From NCBI RefSeq assembly GCF_009914755.1, contig NC_060928.1: a DNA stretch of 64,000 nt. One strand, 5' to 3'. Made by a program: the position numbers and the translations under genes. Source of the DNA: the human T2T-CHM13v2.0 reference genome, Homo sapiens. Positions within the stretch are counted from its first letter, which is position 1. Each line of letters starts with the position of its first letter. Of the stretch, positions 45,972 through 58,568 are shown one piece after another. Below the pieces are notes generated by a model that saw only the letters and a list, made by a program, of their open reading frames with translations, was not told the origin of the DNA and ran no database searches.

Positions 45972-46698
45972 TGAGAGGTGAAGCCACTGGGCTTCTGGGT
46001 TGGTGGAGACTTGGAGAACTTTTCTGTCTAGCTAAAGGATTGTAAACACACCAATCAGTGCTCTGTGTCTAGCTAAAGGTTTGTAAACGCACCAATCAGC
46101 ACTCTGTAAAAATGCACCAATCAGTGCTCTGTGTCTAGCTAAAGATTTGTAAACGCAGCAATCAGCACTCTGTAAAAATGGACTAATCAGCACTCTGTAA
46201 AATGGACCAATCAGCAGGACGTGGGTGGGGCCAAATAAGGGAATAAAAGCTGGCCACCCGAGCCAGCAGCAGCAACCTGTGGGTCCCCTTCCAGGCTGTG
46301 GAAGCTTTCTTTTTTTGCTCTTCATAATAAATCTTGCTGCTACTCACTCTTTGGATCCACACCACCATTATGAGCTGTAACACTCACTGCGAAGGTCTGC
46401 GACTTTACTTCTGAAGTCAGCGAAACCATGAACCCACCGGTTGGAACAAACAACTCTGCACACGCCACCTTTAAGAGCTGTAACACTCACTTGCAAAGGT
46501 CTGTGGCTTCACTCCTGAAGTCAGCAAGACCATGAACTCACCGGAAGGAAGAAACTCCAGACACATCTGAACATCTGAAGTAACAAACTCTGGACACACC
46601 ATCTTTAAGAACTGTAACACTCACTGTGAGGGTCCACAGCTTCATTCTTGAAGTCAGCAAGACCAAGAACCCACCAGAAGGAATAAATTCTGGACACA
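45972..46698 (+). mobile_element. LTR12 (ERV9) solo LTR, complete
   Basis: TG...CA termini, 4-bp TSD gaag (45968-71, 46699-702), tandem CCAATCAG repeats 46050-46215, AATAAAA TATA-like box ~46242, U5 gctgtaacactcactg repeats. Confidence 0.96.
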
Positions 46699-48949
46699 GA
46701 AGTTAATATCAATAATTACACAAAAACCCATATAAGAAGTCACTCTGGAACAAGATTTTTAGCCTTTGAGCCCTGAGTCTATTTTTATTGTTAAGTATTT
46801 CATGTTTATTTTTTTCTCATCCTCTACAAAAAAGCAGCAGTAAACATGTGATGACCAGCCCTTTGTCAGTTAAACTTTTTCCCCTGGGGCATTAGAGGAA
46901 TTTTGTATGAGAACTCTCAAAATGCCTTACATACTGCTACGACTAAGATGTTACCCAGAGAATCTTACTTTCTTGGTATCATTTATTCACTTTGGGGAAA
47001 AAAAAAGCAACCCATAACTGGTAACACTAATCATTGTTTCAGAAAACACAAAACATTCTAGGCTGCATTAAAAGGTATATAGAATGCATAAATAAAGAGG
47101 TACTGGTTTTTGTTTTGACATGAGGCAAATCTTTACTATATTCATTTGGAGGCTCCATAGCAAACAACATAATAAAATAATTTAGAAAGGACTTTAAGTA
47201 AAAATCTCAATGATTAGTAGAATTTTAGGAGGCAAGAATTATGCAAAAAGTTAATTTATTATAAAATTTATTTCTATTTTGAAAAGAAATGTATTACTTT
47301 TTATACCGTAAGATTTATGAGAAGCTCTCTGAATACAATGATCAGGTACATATATGTTAAAAGTAAGCTAAATTTTAAAAACCTGGTATTTAAGTTAGAT
47401 ATGTTAAGTCTCCTTTTTTGGAGATCCTTAAAACAAATATATTCTTTTATTTCAAAGATATTACATGGGCTTTTGGAACAGAGCAGAGAGACACCCCTCA
47501 AAGTGCTTTCAAATGCAGTATTAGAATGCTGACAAGATGCAGAAGGCCTGTGATTTCCAGGAATCCACTTAACTTCTCTCTAAACTTTACTTAATGCAGT
47601 AAGTAAAGTGGAAAGAATATTTGTTTTCCTCACAGGATGTTGTATCTATTAAATTCAATAAACATGAACTGTTAATGTGCAAAACAATAATGCCAACATT
47701 GTCATAAAACAATCTGTGTTCTCAGTGAGTTTATAATCTAGTAAAAGAGATAATATGAACAATTCTAATACAAGTCAGAATGACCTAAAGACTATAATGG
47801 AGGAATAAATATATAGTGCTATTCACCTCTCACAGAAAAGAAAATAATTGATTTCAATGTGAAGGGTTGGGGACAGAAAAGGCTGCATTTGAGCTGGACT
47901 TTGAGGATAAGTAATAGTTCAAGAAGCAACACGATAAGAGTGAAAGGGACATTAATCCTTGAATCAAAAGCCAGAGCTCTTTTCTACTTCTGCCTCTACC
48001 ACTCACTAGAAACTAGCAGGAATCCCTTGCACAGAAGAGGCTGTGAGCATGTGGTCTTGTCTGAGTTGCTGTTGTTCACACAAGAAGGGACAGCTCAGTC
48101 TACTTGCTGATTTCACAGTAGGCTCAGCTGTTTCTGTCCACCTGTGGACAGAATGCTCCTGATGCATGAGATTCTGGCCTGAATCCTAGTATTCATGTTC
48201 TACTCTCCAACTGGGGAGAATTCCTGCATTAGGATGGTAATCCCTGGTCTTGCCAACTACTAAGTTCTCCTAGAAGGCTACAGATGCAAATCAGCCATCC
48301 AATTTTAGCTGCTTTAATTAGGTAAGACTCATTGTTTGGCATTCTGCATGATTCCTTTCAAAACTGTACTGGTACTACTATTTAGCCATTTTCAATTTAC
48401 AGTGTTATTAAAAGCTTAAACATTTTTATCTTATTTTCATTTTTAACCTTTAAAGAGAACAGGAAGCAATAACATAATAGGGACAGTCCTACAGCTAGTC
48501 CTGCCTCAAGCAGAGAAAATTAGTATATTCCCACCCTGGCTTCCTTAGTTAGCTTGGCATAATATTTTCAAGGCTGAAATTTAGATTTCTGACTTAAAAG
48601 TGGGCTAATCTCTTTAAACTTGGATCCAGTATTGAGGATCCAAACTTAGCACCTAGAACTAAGGAATACCATTATAATTGATAAAAACATTAAGATCCAG
48701 TGGATAAACTGGCAAAGAAAAGACAAAGGACATTCATAGAAAACATCATGACTAGTAAATATGTAGGGAAAAAAATTAAACCTATTAAGAAGACCATAAC
48801 AATAATAAAATATTCTATCCTGGGAAGAATAGGAAAGAAGAAACTAGAAATCTCATATATTGCCGGTGGCAATATACCTTGGAATAAGCCTTACAAAAAC
48901 CTATTTGGCTATAAAATGTTCTCTATTTCCACCTTAGGAAATTTATAGA

Positions 48950-49600
48950 AATCTCATAATCTTCTGGTTTCCATCCCTGCTCCTGCCCCCAGCACAATCG
49001 GTTTTCAAAACCACAGTGGGAATGATCTGCTTCTTTGTTCAAGACCCTCCAGTGGCTTCTCATTTAACCAGGGTAAAAGGGCAAGTCCTTAGATGACCCA
49101 TAGGCCCCATGTGTTTCCCTGCTCCCTCTTGGGCCTCATCTCTGCTTCTCTTCCCTGCTCCCTACACTCCAGCCACACAAGCCTCCTTGCTGTTCTTGGA
49201 ACAAACCAGCTGCACTCCTGCCTTAGGACTTTTGCTCTTGGCATTGCTACTTCAATGCTCCAGACCCACATGGGCTCAGTCCTGCTTCCCTTCACCACTT
49301 TGCTCAGTTGTTATCTTCCCAGTGAGGCCTGCCTTGACCTACTCAATTCAAAATTTCAATTTGCTGCTCTTACCCTTGAACTCAACCTGGATTCCCAATT
49401 TCTCCTTACTCTGTTTTTCCTTTTACATATTAGACAAATTATTTATTATGTTTATGATATGTCTTCCCCACACAAAATGCAAGTTTTACAACAGCAGGGA
49501 TTTTGTCTGTTTTGTACTCATGCACGCTAAAAACGTAAAATAATAGCACCTGGCACATACACATAGGCAGTCAATAAGTAATGGTTGAATGAATTATAGA
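48950..49600 (+). mobile_element. L2 3' end
   Basis: ttcaagaccctccagtggcttctca...cactccagccacaca...gcacctggcacatac...gttgaatgaat. Confidence 0.85.
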
Positions 49601-50429
49601 AAAACGTAAATGAGAAATCATGTCTAAAACAGCAGACTTGCTAATTAAAATCACTGTAGTGGCATGGCTTCTGGATGGATCCCTCTTATCTTTCTGCCTG
49701 ATTCAATCTTTTGCGGCCAGGTACTCAAAAGAGGAGAAAGAGCCCCAACTATCTATATATTGGGTATTCTTGAATGGAGAAGCAACGTTGACATTTTTGC
49801 TCTCGGGGTGAACAAGGATCCTTTTAGAGTCTTGTTTACTAGTCATAGTATAGAGGGGCATAATTTGAGAAGGGGAGTCTGCTCTTAACAGGTCATCAGA
49901 ACAGGGTAAGTGTCAGGTCAACCACAGAAACCTTGATCTGTGGCTAGGACTCGCACATTTTACAAAGCTCTTCTATTTTCTGTGGCCACCACTGTCCCCT
50001 CCCACCCATTAAAGCAGAGCTACTTCTTCACTATTCTAACTCCTCCAAAGCTGCCACATCAGAAGCAGAGGCTTATCCCTCATTGCGTTCTAGGAAGACA
50101 TAAGTCTACATGTGGGGCTGATACTTTAACACAGTTTGCTAACTTAGATAACAAGTTATTCTCATCAAGTAAATTTTTAAGTTTTAACCCAAACCACATT
50201 TAATGTTTAATACTAAACTTAGAGTAACTTTTACTCCTTTTTTTTTCTAACAGGAGGTAATAATAATATTCTATGTATGAATCCACTACACAGGCAGACA
50301 CCTCATTTTTTTTCTCCTCTTCTTGGTGGGGAGATAAACTCAAACAGAACATTAACACTGAAAAATTCCCAATATGATCTATCCTGTGAATATCTAAGTC
50401 TAATCTAAGACTCATGGGGGAAATGAAAA

Positions 50430-50545
50430 ATGATTGTGGCTCTACCCCAGAAATTCTGATGAATAGATCTTTAGGGAACACCAGGAATTTGTACTTTAAG
50501 AAGCATTCTTGGTGATTTTGATGCTGGTGTTTCATACAGCCCACT
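50430..50545. mobile_element. MER5-like fragment
   Basis: ctctaccccagaaattctgat...ccaggaatttgtactttaagaagcattcttggtgattttgatgc. Confidence 0.65.
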
Positions 50546-51610
50546 GGTAAAACAGAATATGGAAAGAAGGATGAAAATAATAGAAGCCAACAGGAATTTA
50601 AAGATTTGATTCACCATGTAAGACATTATAAGACAGTATAATAAGTAAAGATAAACTAGTAGTGGCAAGACATACCTTGACCTATGGCAAGACAATGATG
50701 CCCCTTCTGAAACTAAATCATCATATTATTAATAAGCATATAAGCTGCTAAAAAGGCATGTAGTCATTGGTGGAGGAACAGACTTTAAGTGCTCCTCTGT
50801 AGACTGAAGAAATGCTACTAAATATATCGTATATGAAATGTTTGTCTTATGTGAAAAATAAATGAAAGCTCATAAAAATTTCAGATTTTGTACTTATAGC
50901 AAGTTTGAGAGTGATTCTTGGATAGTCCACCCCCTTTACTTTTTCACATCCATGGGAACTGGCTGTGGGTATTACCTAAAATTGCATCTATGGATCAATT
51001 TTAGTTTCCTAATTTGTTTTAGGCAGTTTTAACAATAATTCACTCTGAATTTTCCCAGTAGTTTTCCTTTGTAAGTATTTAGTATAATGTCTATTCAATT
51101 TGTTTCATGGGATTGGACTGGCAAAAATTAAATTAGCTAGTATGGAAGACATTCTGAAACAATCATGAAAGAGCCACATTGTCATCATAATAATAGTGAT
51201 GACTATGTAGCAACATAGAAAGATGCCTATAATTTTAAAAATTTCAAAATTATATACTAAGATTATAATTACATAACATCACACACTATGAAGATAATCA
51301 TTAACTGGACTAATGTAGACAGATGGTATATTAGTTTGTTTTTGTGTTGCTATAAAGAAATACCTGAGGCTGGGTAATTTATAAAGAGGTTTATTTTGGC
51401 TCACAGTTCTGCAGGCTGTATAAGCACAGTACCAACATCTGCTCGGCTTCTGGTGAGGGCCTCAGGAAGCTTACATCATGGTAGAAGGCAAAAGGGGAGC
51501 AGGTGTGTCACATGGCAAGAGAGCAGGCAAGAGAGGGTGGGTGCAAGAGAGCAAGAATGGGAGTTGCCAGGCTCTCTCATGTGAGCTCTCGTGTGAGCTA
51601 CCAGAGTAAG

Positions 51611-51952
51611 TGATATGGCCTGGCTCTGTGTCCCCACCCAAATCTCATAATGATTTGTAATCCAAGTTGTAATCCCCATGTGTTGAGGGAGGGGCTTGTG
51701 GGAGGTAATTTGATCATGGAGGTGGTTTCTCCATGCTGTTCTCCTGGTAATGAGTGAGTTCTCATGAGATCTGATGATTTTATAAGGGGTTTTTCTCCCT
51801 TTCGCTCTGCACTTTTCTCTCCTGCCGCCATGTAAAGAAGGATGTGTTTGCTTCCCCTTCTGTCACAATTGTAAGTTTCCTGAGGCCTCCCTAGCCATGT
51901 GGAATGGTGAATCAACTAAATCTCTTTCATTTATAAGTTACCCAGGCTCAGG

Positions 51953-51985
<33 letters not shown>

Positions 51986-54202
51986 TGAGACGGAGTTTTG
52001 CTGTTCCCCAGGCTGGAGTGCAGTGGTGCTATCTCGGCTCACTGCAAGCTCCGCCCCCCGGGGTTCACGCCATTCTCCTGCCTCAGCCTCCCAAGTAGCT
52101 GAGACTACAGGTGCCTGCCACCTTGCCCGGCTAATTTTTTGTATTTTAGTAGAGACGAGGTTTCACCATGTTAGCCAGGATGGTCTCAATCTCCTGACCT
52201 CGTGATCCACCCGCCTTGGCCTCCCAAAGTGCTGGGATTACAGATGTGAGCCACCACGCCCGGTCGGCAGTTCTTTATAGCAGCATGAGAATGGACTAAT
52301 ATAGTACATTGAGTGGAGTGCTGCTATAAAGAGACCCAAAAATGTAGAAGCAACTTTGGAACTGGGTAACAAGCAGAGGTTGAAAGTTTGGAGGGCTCAG
52401 AAGAAGACAGGAAGGTGTGGGAAAGTTTGGAACTTCCTAGAGACTTGTTGAATGGTTTTGACCAAAATGCTAATAGTGATATGGACAATGAAGTCCAGGC
52501 TGAGTTGGTTTCAGATGGAGATGAGTAACTTCTTGGGAACTGGAGCAAAGGTGACTCTTGCTATGCCTTAGCAAAGAGACTGGTGGCATTGTGCACCTGC
52601 CCTAGAGATCTGTAGAACTCTGAACTTGAGAGAGATTATTTAGGGTATCTGGCAGAAGAAATTTCTAAGTGGTAAAGCATTCAAGAGGAAGCAGAACATG
52701 AAAGTTTGGAAAATTTGTAGCCTAATGATGCACAAAGAAAAACCCATTTTCTGGGGAGAAATTCAATCCTGCTGCAGAATTTGCTTAAATAACAAGGAGA
52801 TGAATGTTAATCACGAAGACAATGGGGAAAATCTCTCCAGGGCATGTCAGAGACCTTCAGAGCAGCCCCTCCAATCACAGGCCTGGAAGACTAGGAAGAA
52901 AAAAGGTTTTGTGGTTTGGGCCCAGTCCCCCTTGCACTGTGCAGCCTTGGGACATGGTACCCTGCATCCCGGCTGCTCTAGCCATGGCTAAAAGGGGCCA
53001 AGGTCCAGTTAGGCCATGGCTTCAGAGGGTGCAAGCCCCAAGCCCTAATGGCTTCCATGTGGTGTTGAGCCTGGGGGTGTACAAAAGTCAAGAAGTGAGA
53101 TTTGGAAAGCTCTGCCTAGATTTCAGAGGATGTATGGAAATCCCTGGATGTCCAGGTAGAAGTTTGCTGCAGGCGCAGAGCCCTCAAGGAGAACCTCTGT
53201 TAGGGCAGTACAGAAGGGAAATGTGGGTCTGGAGCTCCCACACAGAGGCTTCACTAGGGCACTGCCTAGTGGAGCTGTGAGAAGAGGGCCACCATCCTCC
53301 AGACCCCAGAATGGTAGATCCACCTACAGTTTGCAACCGTGTGCCTGGAAAAGCCACAGACACTCAATGCCAGCCCATGATGAAAGCAGCCATGAGGGGG
53401 GCTGTACCCTGCAAAGCCACAGGGGGTGGAACTGCCCAAGGCCATGGGAGCCCACCTCTTCCATCAGCATGGCCTCGATGTGAGACATCGGGTCTAAGGA
53501 GATCATTTTGGAACTTTAAGGCTCAATGACTGCCCTATTGGATTTTGGACTTGTATGGGGTCTGTAGTACCTTTATTTTGGACAATTTCTCCCACTTGAA
53601 ATGGCTGTATTTACCCACTACCTGTACCCCCATTGTATCTAGGAAGTAACTAACTTGCTTTTGATTTTACAGGCTCATAGGCGGAAGGGACTTGCCTTGT
53701 CTCAGATAAGACTCTGGACTTGGACTTTGGGGTTAATGCTGGAATGAGTTAAGACTTTGGGGGACTGTTGGAAAGGCATAATTGTGTTTGAAATGTGAGA
53801 AGGAAGAGATTTGGGAGTAGCAAGGGACAGAATGATATGGCATGGCTCTGAGTCCCCACCTAAATCTCATCTTGAATTGTAATCTGAATTGTAATCCAAA
53901 AGTGTTGGAGAAGGGACCTCATGGGAGGTGATTAGATCATGGCGGCAGTTCCCTTATACTGTTCTTGTGACGGTGAGTGAGTTCTCGTGAGAGCTGATGA
54001 TTTTTATAAGGGGCTTTCCCCTCTTTGCTCTGCACTTGTCTCTCTTGCCACCACGTGAAGGACATGTTTGTTTCCCTTTCCTCTGTAACTTTAAGTTTCC
54101 TGAGGTCTCCCCAGCCATGTGGAAGTCAATTAAACCTCTTTTCTTTATAAATTACCCAGTCTCAGGCGGTTCTTTATAGCAGCATGAAAATGGACTAATA
54201 CA
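51611..54202 (+). mobile_element. Complete THE1D/MSTA-like MaLR element: 5' LTR 51611-~52302, internal ~52303-53831, 3' LTR 53832-54202
   Basis: Two homologous LTRs (tgatatgg...ggactaata[t/c]a) around a ~1.5-kb MaLR internal region; degenerate 5-bp TSD gtaag/gagag. Confidence 0.93.
51958..52265 (-). mobile_element. AluY inserted in the THE1 5' LTR
   Basis: AluY diagnostics gcaagctccgcc, ttcacgccattctc, ttagccaggatggtctc; TSD ggcagttcttt. Confidence 0.94.
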
Positions 54203-54774
54203 GAGAGAACTTACTCATTACCAAAGAGATTACATTTCACCATGAGATTTGGAGCGGACAAAACATCTAAACCATATCAAATGGATTTACCTCCCTAGCA
54301 AGGCTCACTAGGTAGCATCTGAGTACTACTGACTGCTAGAAGGAGAGGGGGAAAAATACTAGGTGTGCCTTGCCCCACAAGAGGACCACCAGACATAGCT
54401 TACCTCTTCCAACTTCTGAGAGACTAACATGTCACATGCCATAAATCCACTATCTATCTCTTGATAATTCCAGCTAACTTGTTACAACTATTGCAATAAT
54501 AGTACTCTATTTTCTACCTTTCTACAAGTTTTATTTTCACAATTTAAACAATATATCTATAAAAGTAAAAAGAATTCACTCTTCTCTTACACTCTTTGTT
54601 GTCCCTCAAAGAGGTTCATACATGACCAAAGACACTTCAACAGAATATTTACTCCTGGAATAATCATTTAAACTCTCTGTGCCTGTTTTCTTGTCTATAA
54701 AATAGAGGAGAGCTCTGAGCTTTGCCTACATTACAAGGCGGTTGTATGCGAGAAACTGAATGCATAGAAGGATG

Positions 54775-54950
54775 GAAAAACCATAGGATTTACAGCACAG
54801 AGTAATGGGCTCTATGTAATCCTGGCTCTGAAACTGAACTCGCTGTGTGACCTTGGGCAAGTTATAGAACTTCTCAAGTACAGGCATATAGGGTATTATG
54901 TACACATAGTATCCAAAACAGTGCTTGATATACAATAGGTGCTCAATAAA
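54775..54950 (+). mobile_element. MIR-like fragment
   Basis: aatcctggctctg...gctgtgtgaccttgggcaagtta...taggtgctcaataaat. Confidence 0.7.
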
Positions 54951-55099
54951 TAATAACCTGTTATCAAAACAGTCTTTTGTAAACCACAAAGCACTATAAA
55001 TGCAATTTGTTAATGATGATATATAGAAAAAGGGAGAAAAAGTAGTGAACAAAACTGGTAAGACAGAAGTGCAGTATTTGGAGTGTGAGTATAAGATAT

Positions 55100-55800
55100 G
55101 TTTGAGGAGTGAGTAGCATTGCATGGCTGTAGGATGGGTTTCCTGACAAAAGGAAAGAGTCTGATTTTTATTGTCAAGAATATAGAAAACTATGCATAGA
55201 GAGCATTTTGAGAAAAATATAACAAGATAGGATCTATGCTGTAAGAAAATCACTGTTTAGAAATGTGGAAGATGGTATGAAGGGAGAAAAACTGGAGGCA
55301 AGACAACCACTTGGTTAGGAGGTAAGAGTGCATGATACTGAGCATGGGGATGAGGCAGAGGGGCTGGATCTCAGAGTCATGGAGAAGAGATAGGAGCCTG
55401 TTAACAAGAGTCTAGTGAAGTAAGGGAAAACTCAAGAGAGTAGGGATGTCAACAAATGAGGACAACAAATAACCATTTAGATCATCTTCATGAATAAAGA
55501 GAAGTTCCATAAGATTTCAAGGCTTCAAGTGGAAGATTTAGAGAAAGTCAATTCCATTGTTCAAGAATAAGGAGAAAGGAGCATATGTGTAAGTGAAGAT
55601 GAATTCAGGTTTGGACAAGAGAAGTCAAAGGCATTTAAACTGATGACCAATAGGTAGACACCAGAAAGAGACCTGGGCTGCTTATGGAGATTTGGGAGTT
55701 ATCGTTATAGAGGTCACCATCATAGAGGGAGTAGTCACTACAGAGTGTCATCCTGTAGAGATGATGAGGGTCATCCCCAGAGTCATCACCATAAGGGGAA
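55100..55800 (-). mobile_element. L2 fragments
   Basis: actggaggcaagacaacca; gaagatgaattcaggtttggaca; ggagatttgggagttatc. Confidence 0.6.
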
Positions 55801-55994
55801 TGAATGAGAATCAAAAAGAGATTAGGATTTCCAAAACAATAAATTACAGGAAGGAGCCTTAATAAATGTAACACATTTACACAGGCACTAATAAGAGAGT
55901 AGAGGTTGGCCAAATATTTAAAGCCTCTACCAGCAATGGACTTGAAAAGGAATAATATAGTATGAAAATGAAAGTAACAGTTGTCTACACAAAG

Positions 55995-56008
55995 TTTATT
56001 AATTTATT
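55995..56008 (-). terminator. PPA2: Distal polyadenylation signals (2x AATAAA) of PPA2 long 3'UTR
   Basis: tttatt at 55995-56000 and 56003-56008, ~630 nt past the stop codon. Confidence 0.7.
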
Positions 56009-56137
56009 GAATCTGTGATTTTTACATCCAATCTACAGAAATAAAAACTGGTAAAATCAATGGGTTCCTTCAGGTATAGAAACTAGAAATGGTCAACTCA
56101 ATGCCTCTAAATTTGTGCTATGAAATGAAACAAAATC

Positions 56138-56431
<294 letters not shown>

Positions 56432-56489
56432 AAAATCTTCTTTTTATATCAATAAATGTCCAAAGGAGAGTAATTTAAAATTCTTACTG

Positions 56490-56495
56490 TTTATT
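56490..56495 (-). terminator. PPA2: Proximal polyadenylation signal AATAAA of PPA2
   Basis: tttatt at 56490-56495, ~140 nt past the stop codon. Confidence 0.75.
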
Positions 56496-56633
56496 TATAT
56501 ATTGCATAGCTCAAAAAGTTTGAAAAAATGAAGTTTTAACAGGAAGTCAGTAAATGCTCATAGACCCCCTTGTCTCTAGCACTTGGAGTCCTTAGAGATG
56601 GGAATCTTGACAGCAGAATTTCAGATGTTTCAA

Positions 56634-56662
56634 TCACTTGCCAAGGAAGTGCCACACTTGCT
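56634..56662 (-). CDS. PPA2: PPA2 last coding exon (E)QVWHFLGK*, mitochondrial inorganic pyrophosphatase 2
   Basis: Acceptor ccattttaaatgcag|AG CAA GTG TGG CAC TTC CTT GGC AAG TGA after a long pyrimidine tract; in phase with the upstream exon; peptide recognised as the PPA2 C-terminus. Confidence 0.93.
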
Positions 56663-57745
56663 CTGCATTTAAAATGGGGAAAGAGGGTATTAGGGAAGGG
56701 ATAAGAGGAGGGAGAAGGGAGTGATTAATCAAATTTAATTTCGACTTTTAGGAAGTATTTAGGCAGATACAAACAGTCATAAGCTATCTAAAGTTGCATT
56801 TCTCTATTTAAAGCTATTTCCCTTCAAACTTTCGTCCCAAGTTCTCTCATTTGGCCCAAGCCTTATATAAAGCTACATTAAAAATTCTAGAGCCTTCCTA
56901 CTTTATTTCTTGTATCTTTCTGGGTCATTTTAGTCTCTAGCAGACAACATAGAAGTGCTATAATATGAAAGGTTTAGATAAAGCTTGTATTGTAAAATTT
57001 GACTACACAAAAAATGCCCCAAATGGGATAGTATCGCAAAGAAACAATTTGTTAGCTTACCATATAAGGAATACAGTTTGCTTTCCCATGAAATCATGTC
57101 TATGGATTTACTCCTTTCTAAACATGTCATACTTGACTCACAGTAAATAGTTCTCATATTTCTTCCAAATCTGCAAGTTGAATGTTCTTCTAATATTTTA
57201 TATTAAAACAAAAAGCCAAAATCTTGCAATATTTTGAAAGACAAATGATGTGTGCACATGCTTAAATTCTGAAAATTCACTACAGAGCATTTTTACTTGT
57301 TTATTAAAACAGCTTCAAATAATGGTAATAAAAATATTATATTTATTTTTAATTCTATAACTATAGATTTTAAGATCTTCAGCTAAAATAAGTGATTCAT
57401 TAAAAAAAGATAAATATCTAAATGTAAGAGTTTTTTTTTAATTAAATCTTTTAAAATTAAATGTATCAGAACTGGCTGGAATATCTCAGTACTTCAGCGA
57501 AAAAAAAAGTCACCGTACAATCAAATCATTTTCTAACCTAGAAAAGTAGTTAAATGCATTCTCCTTATTTTCTGAGTTAGAAAATATTTCATCTGAAATT
57601 TTAGCGACTATTTTAAAAATATTTCACTTAGCTTATACAGCTTTTCAATTTATCTATTTTATTTTTAGTTTTAGTTTTTGGCTTCCACTACTGTAAACAA
57701 ATAAATTTATACATGTTACTCTTAATGAATCAAAATATACTATAC

Positions 57746-57782
57746 CTTCTTCATTACTTTCTTTATTTGGTGAAGATGATAC
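57746..57782 (-). CDS. PPA2: PPA2 penultimate coding exon, 37 nt, VSSSPNKESNEE(E)
   Basis: ttctttctctgtttttatttccag|GTATCATCTTCACCAAATAAAGAAAGTAATGAAGAAG|gtatag. Confidence 0.93.
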
Positions 57783-58568
57783 CTGGAAATAAAAACAGAG
57801 AAAGAATCTCTGTTACAATAAATATTTATATGTGGAAAGCGCATCCAGAAGTTTTTTCACGAAATTATAGAACAAAGTTTACACACAATGGATCTCTAAC
57901 CTGAAAAAGGTAAATATTCCCCTTTGCTTTTCATTATCATTGTTCATTCTTTCAGATAAACAAACAACAGACTTAGAGTAAAATAAAAATACTTGAAAAT
58001 ATTTTTTATCTTAACCCATGGAATCCACTGAAGGTCTTGCAGCTAGGAATGAGAAGAGAGGTTTTCTTTCAATGGCTTCCGCAGCTAATGTCTTGAAAGT
58101 TAAAATCAAGCACACACACACACATATTTAAATATATGTTTGTTCATGCTTGCTATAAAACACACACTTGCTAAAAAATTTATCTGTCTTCTAGAACTTT
58201 AAATTATTGTTTCTATTTATTCTGATGGCTGGGCCAAGATTCTGAGAACAGACAAGTTTGAAGAAACATTTTTATGCAATAGTTTTTTTCCCCATAATTA
58301 AGAATAATACTTTTTAGCACTCCATTGGAAGATCTATTTTCCATAAGGAAGAAGCCATAAAGATTTAGTTTAAAGAATCATTAGAATTTACATCTATGTG
58401 ACCACCATCCAAGTAGAGAAATGAAACATGCCAGGCCCCTCCCCAACTATGACCCCTTCCTTCCTAGCAATAACCCTACCCTACCCTGATTTTATAACAC
58501 ACTTTTCAGATTTCAAATTTAATAATTAACTTCTAATTCTCTGAATTTGCTGACCTTCAATAGATAGG

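Larger units (their letters stand above)
51327..54282 (-). mobile_element. MST-type LTR split into 51327-51610 and 54203-54282 by a THE1 insertion
   Basis: gtatattagtttgt...gctataaagaaatacctgaggctgggtaatttataaag ... gaacttactcatta...catctaaaccatatca. Confidence 0.85.

Noticed and set aside
46020-46215. Repeated ccaatcag units resembling a CRISPR-like array
   Set aside because: Standard LTR12 U3 tandem NF-Y repeats; no unique spacers; eukaryotic context.
48132-48153. 10-bp-arm palindrome ttctgtccac-ct-gtggacagaa (also 8-bp arms near 36182 and 48620)
   Set aside because: Arms this short are near chance expectation in 64 kb.
49093-49543. 145-aa hydrophobic ORFs
   Set aside because: Lie inside a decayed L2; no splice or homology support.
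52698-53529. Overlapping 70-160 aa ORFs
   Set aside because: Chance ORFs in the THE1/MST internal region.
54726-55253. 175-aa minus-strand ORF just downstream of PPA2
   Set aside because: Spans MIR/L2 remnants, non-ATG start, composition typical of antisense AT-rich DNA.
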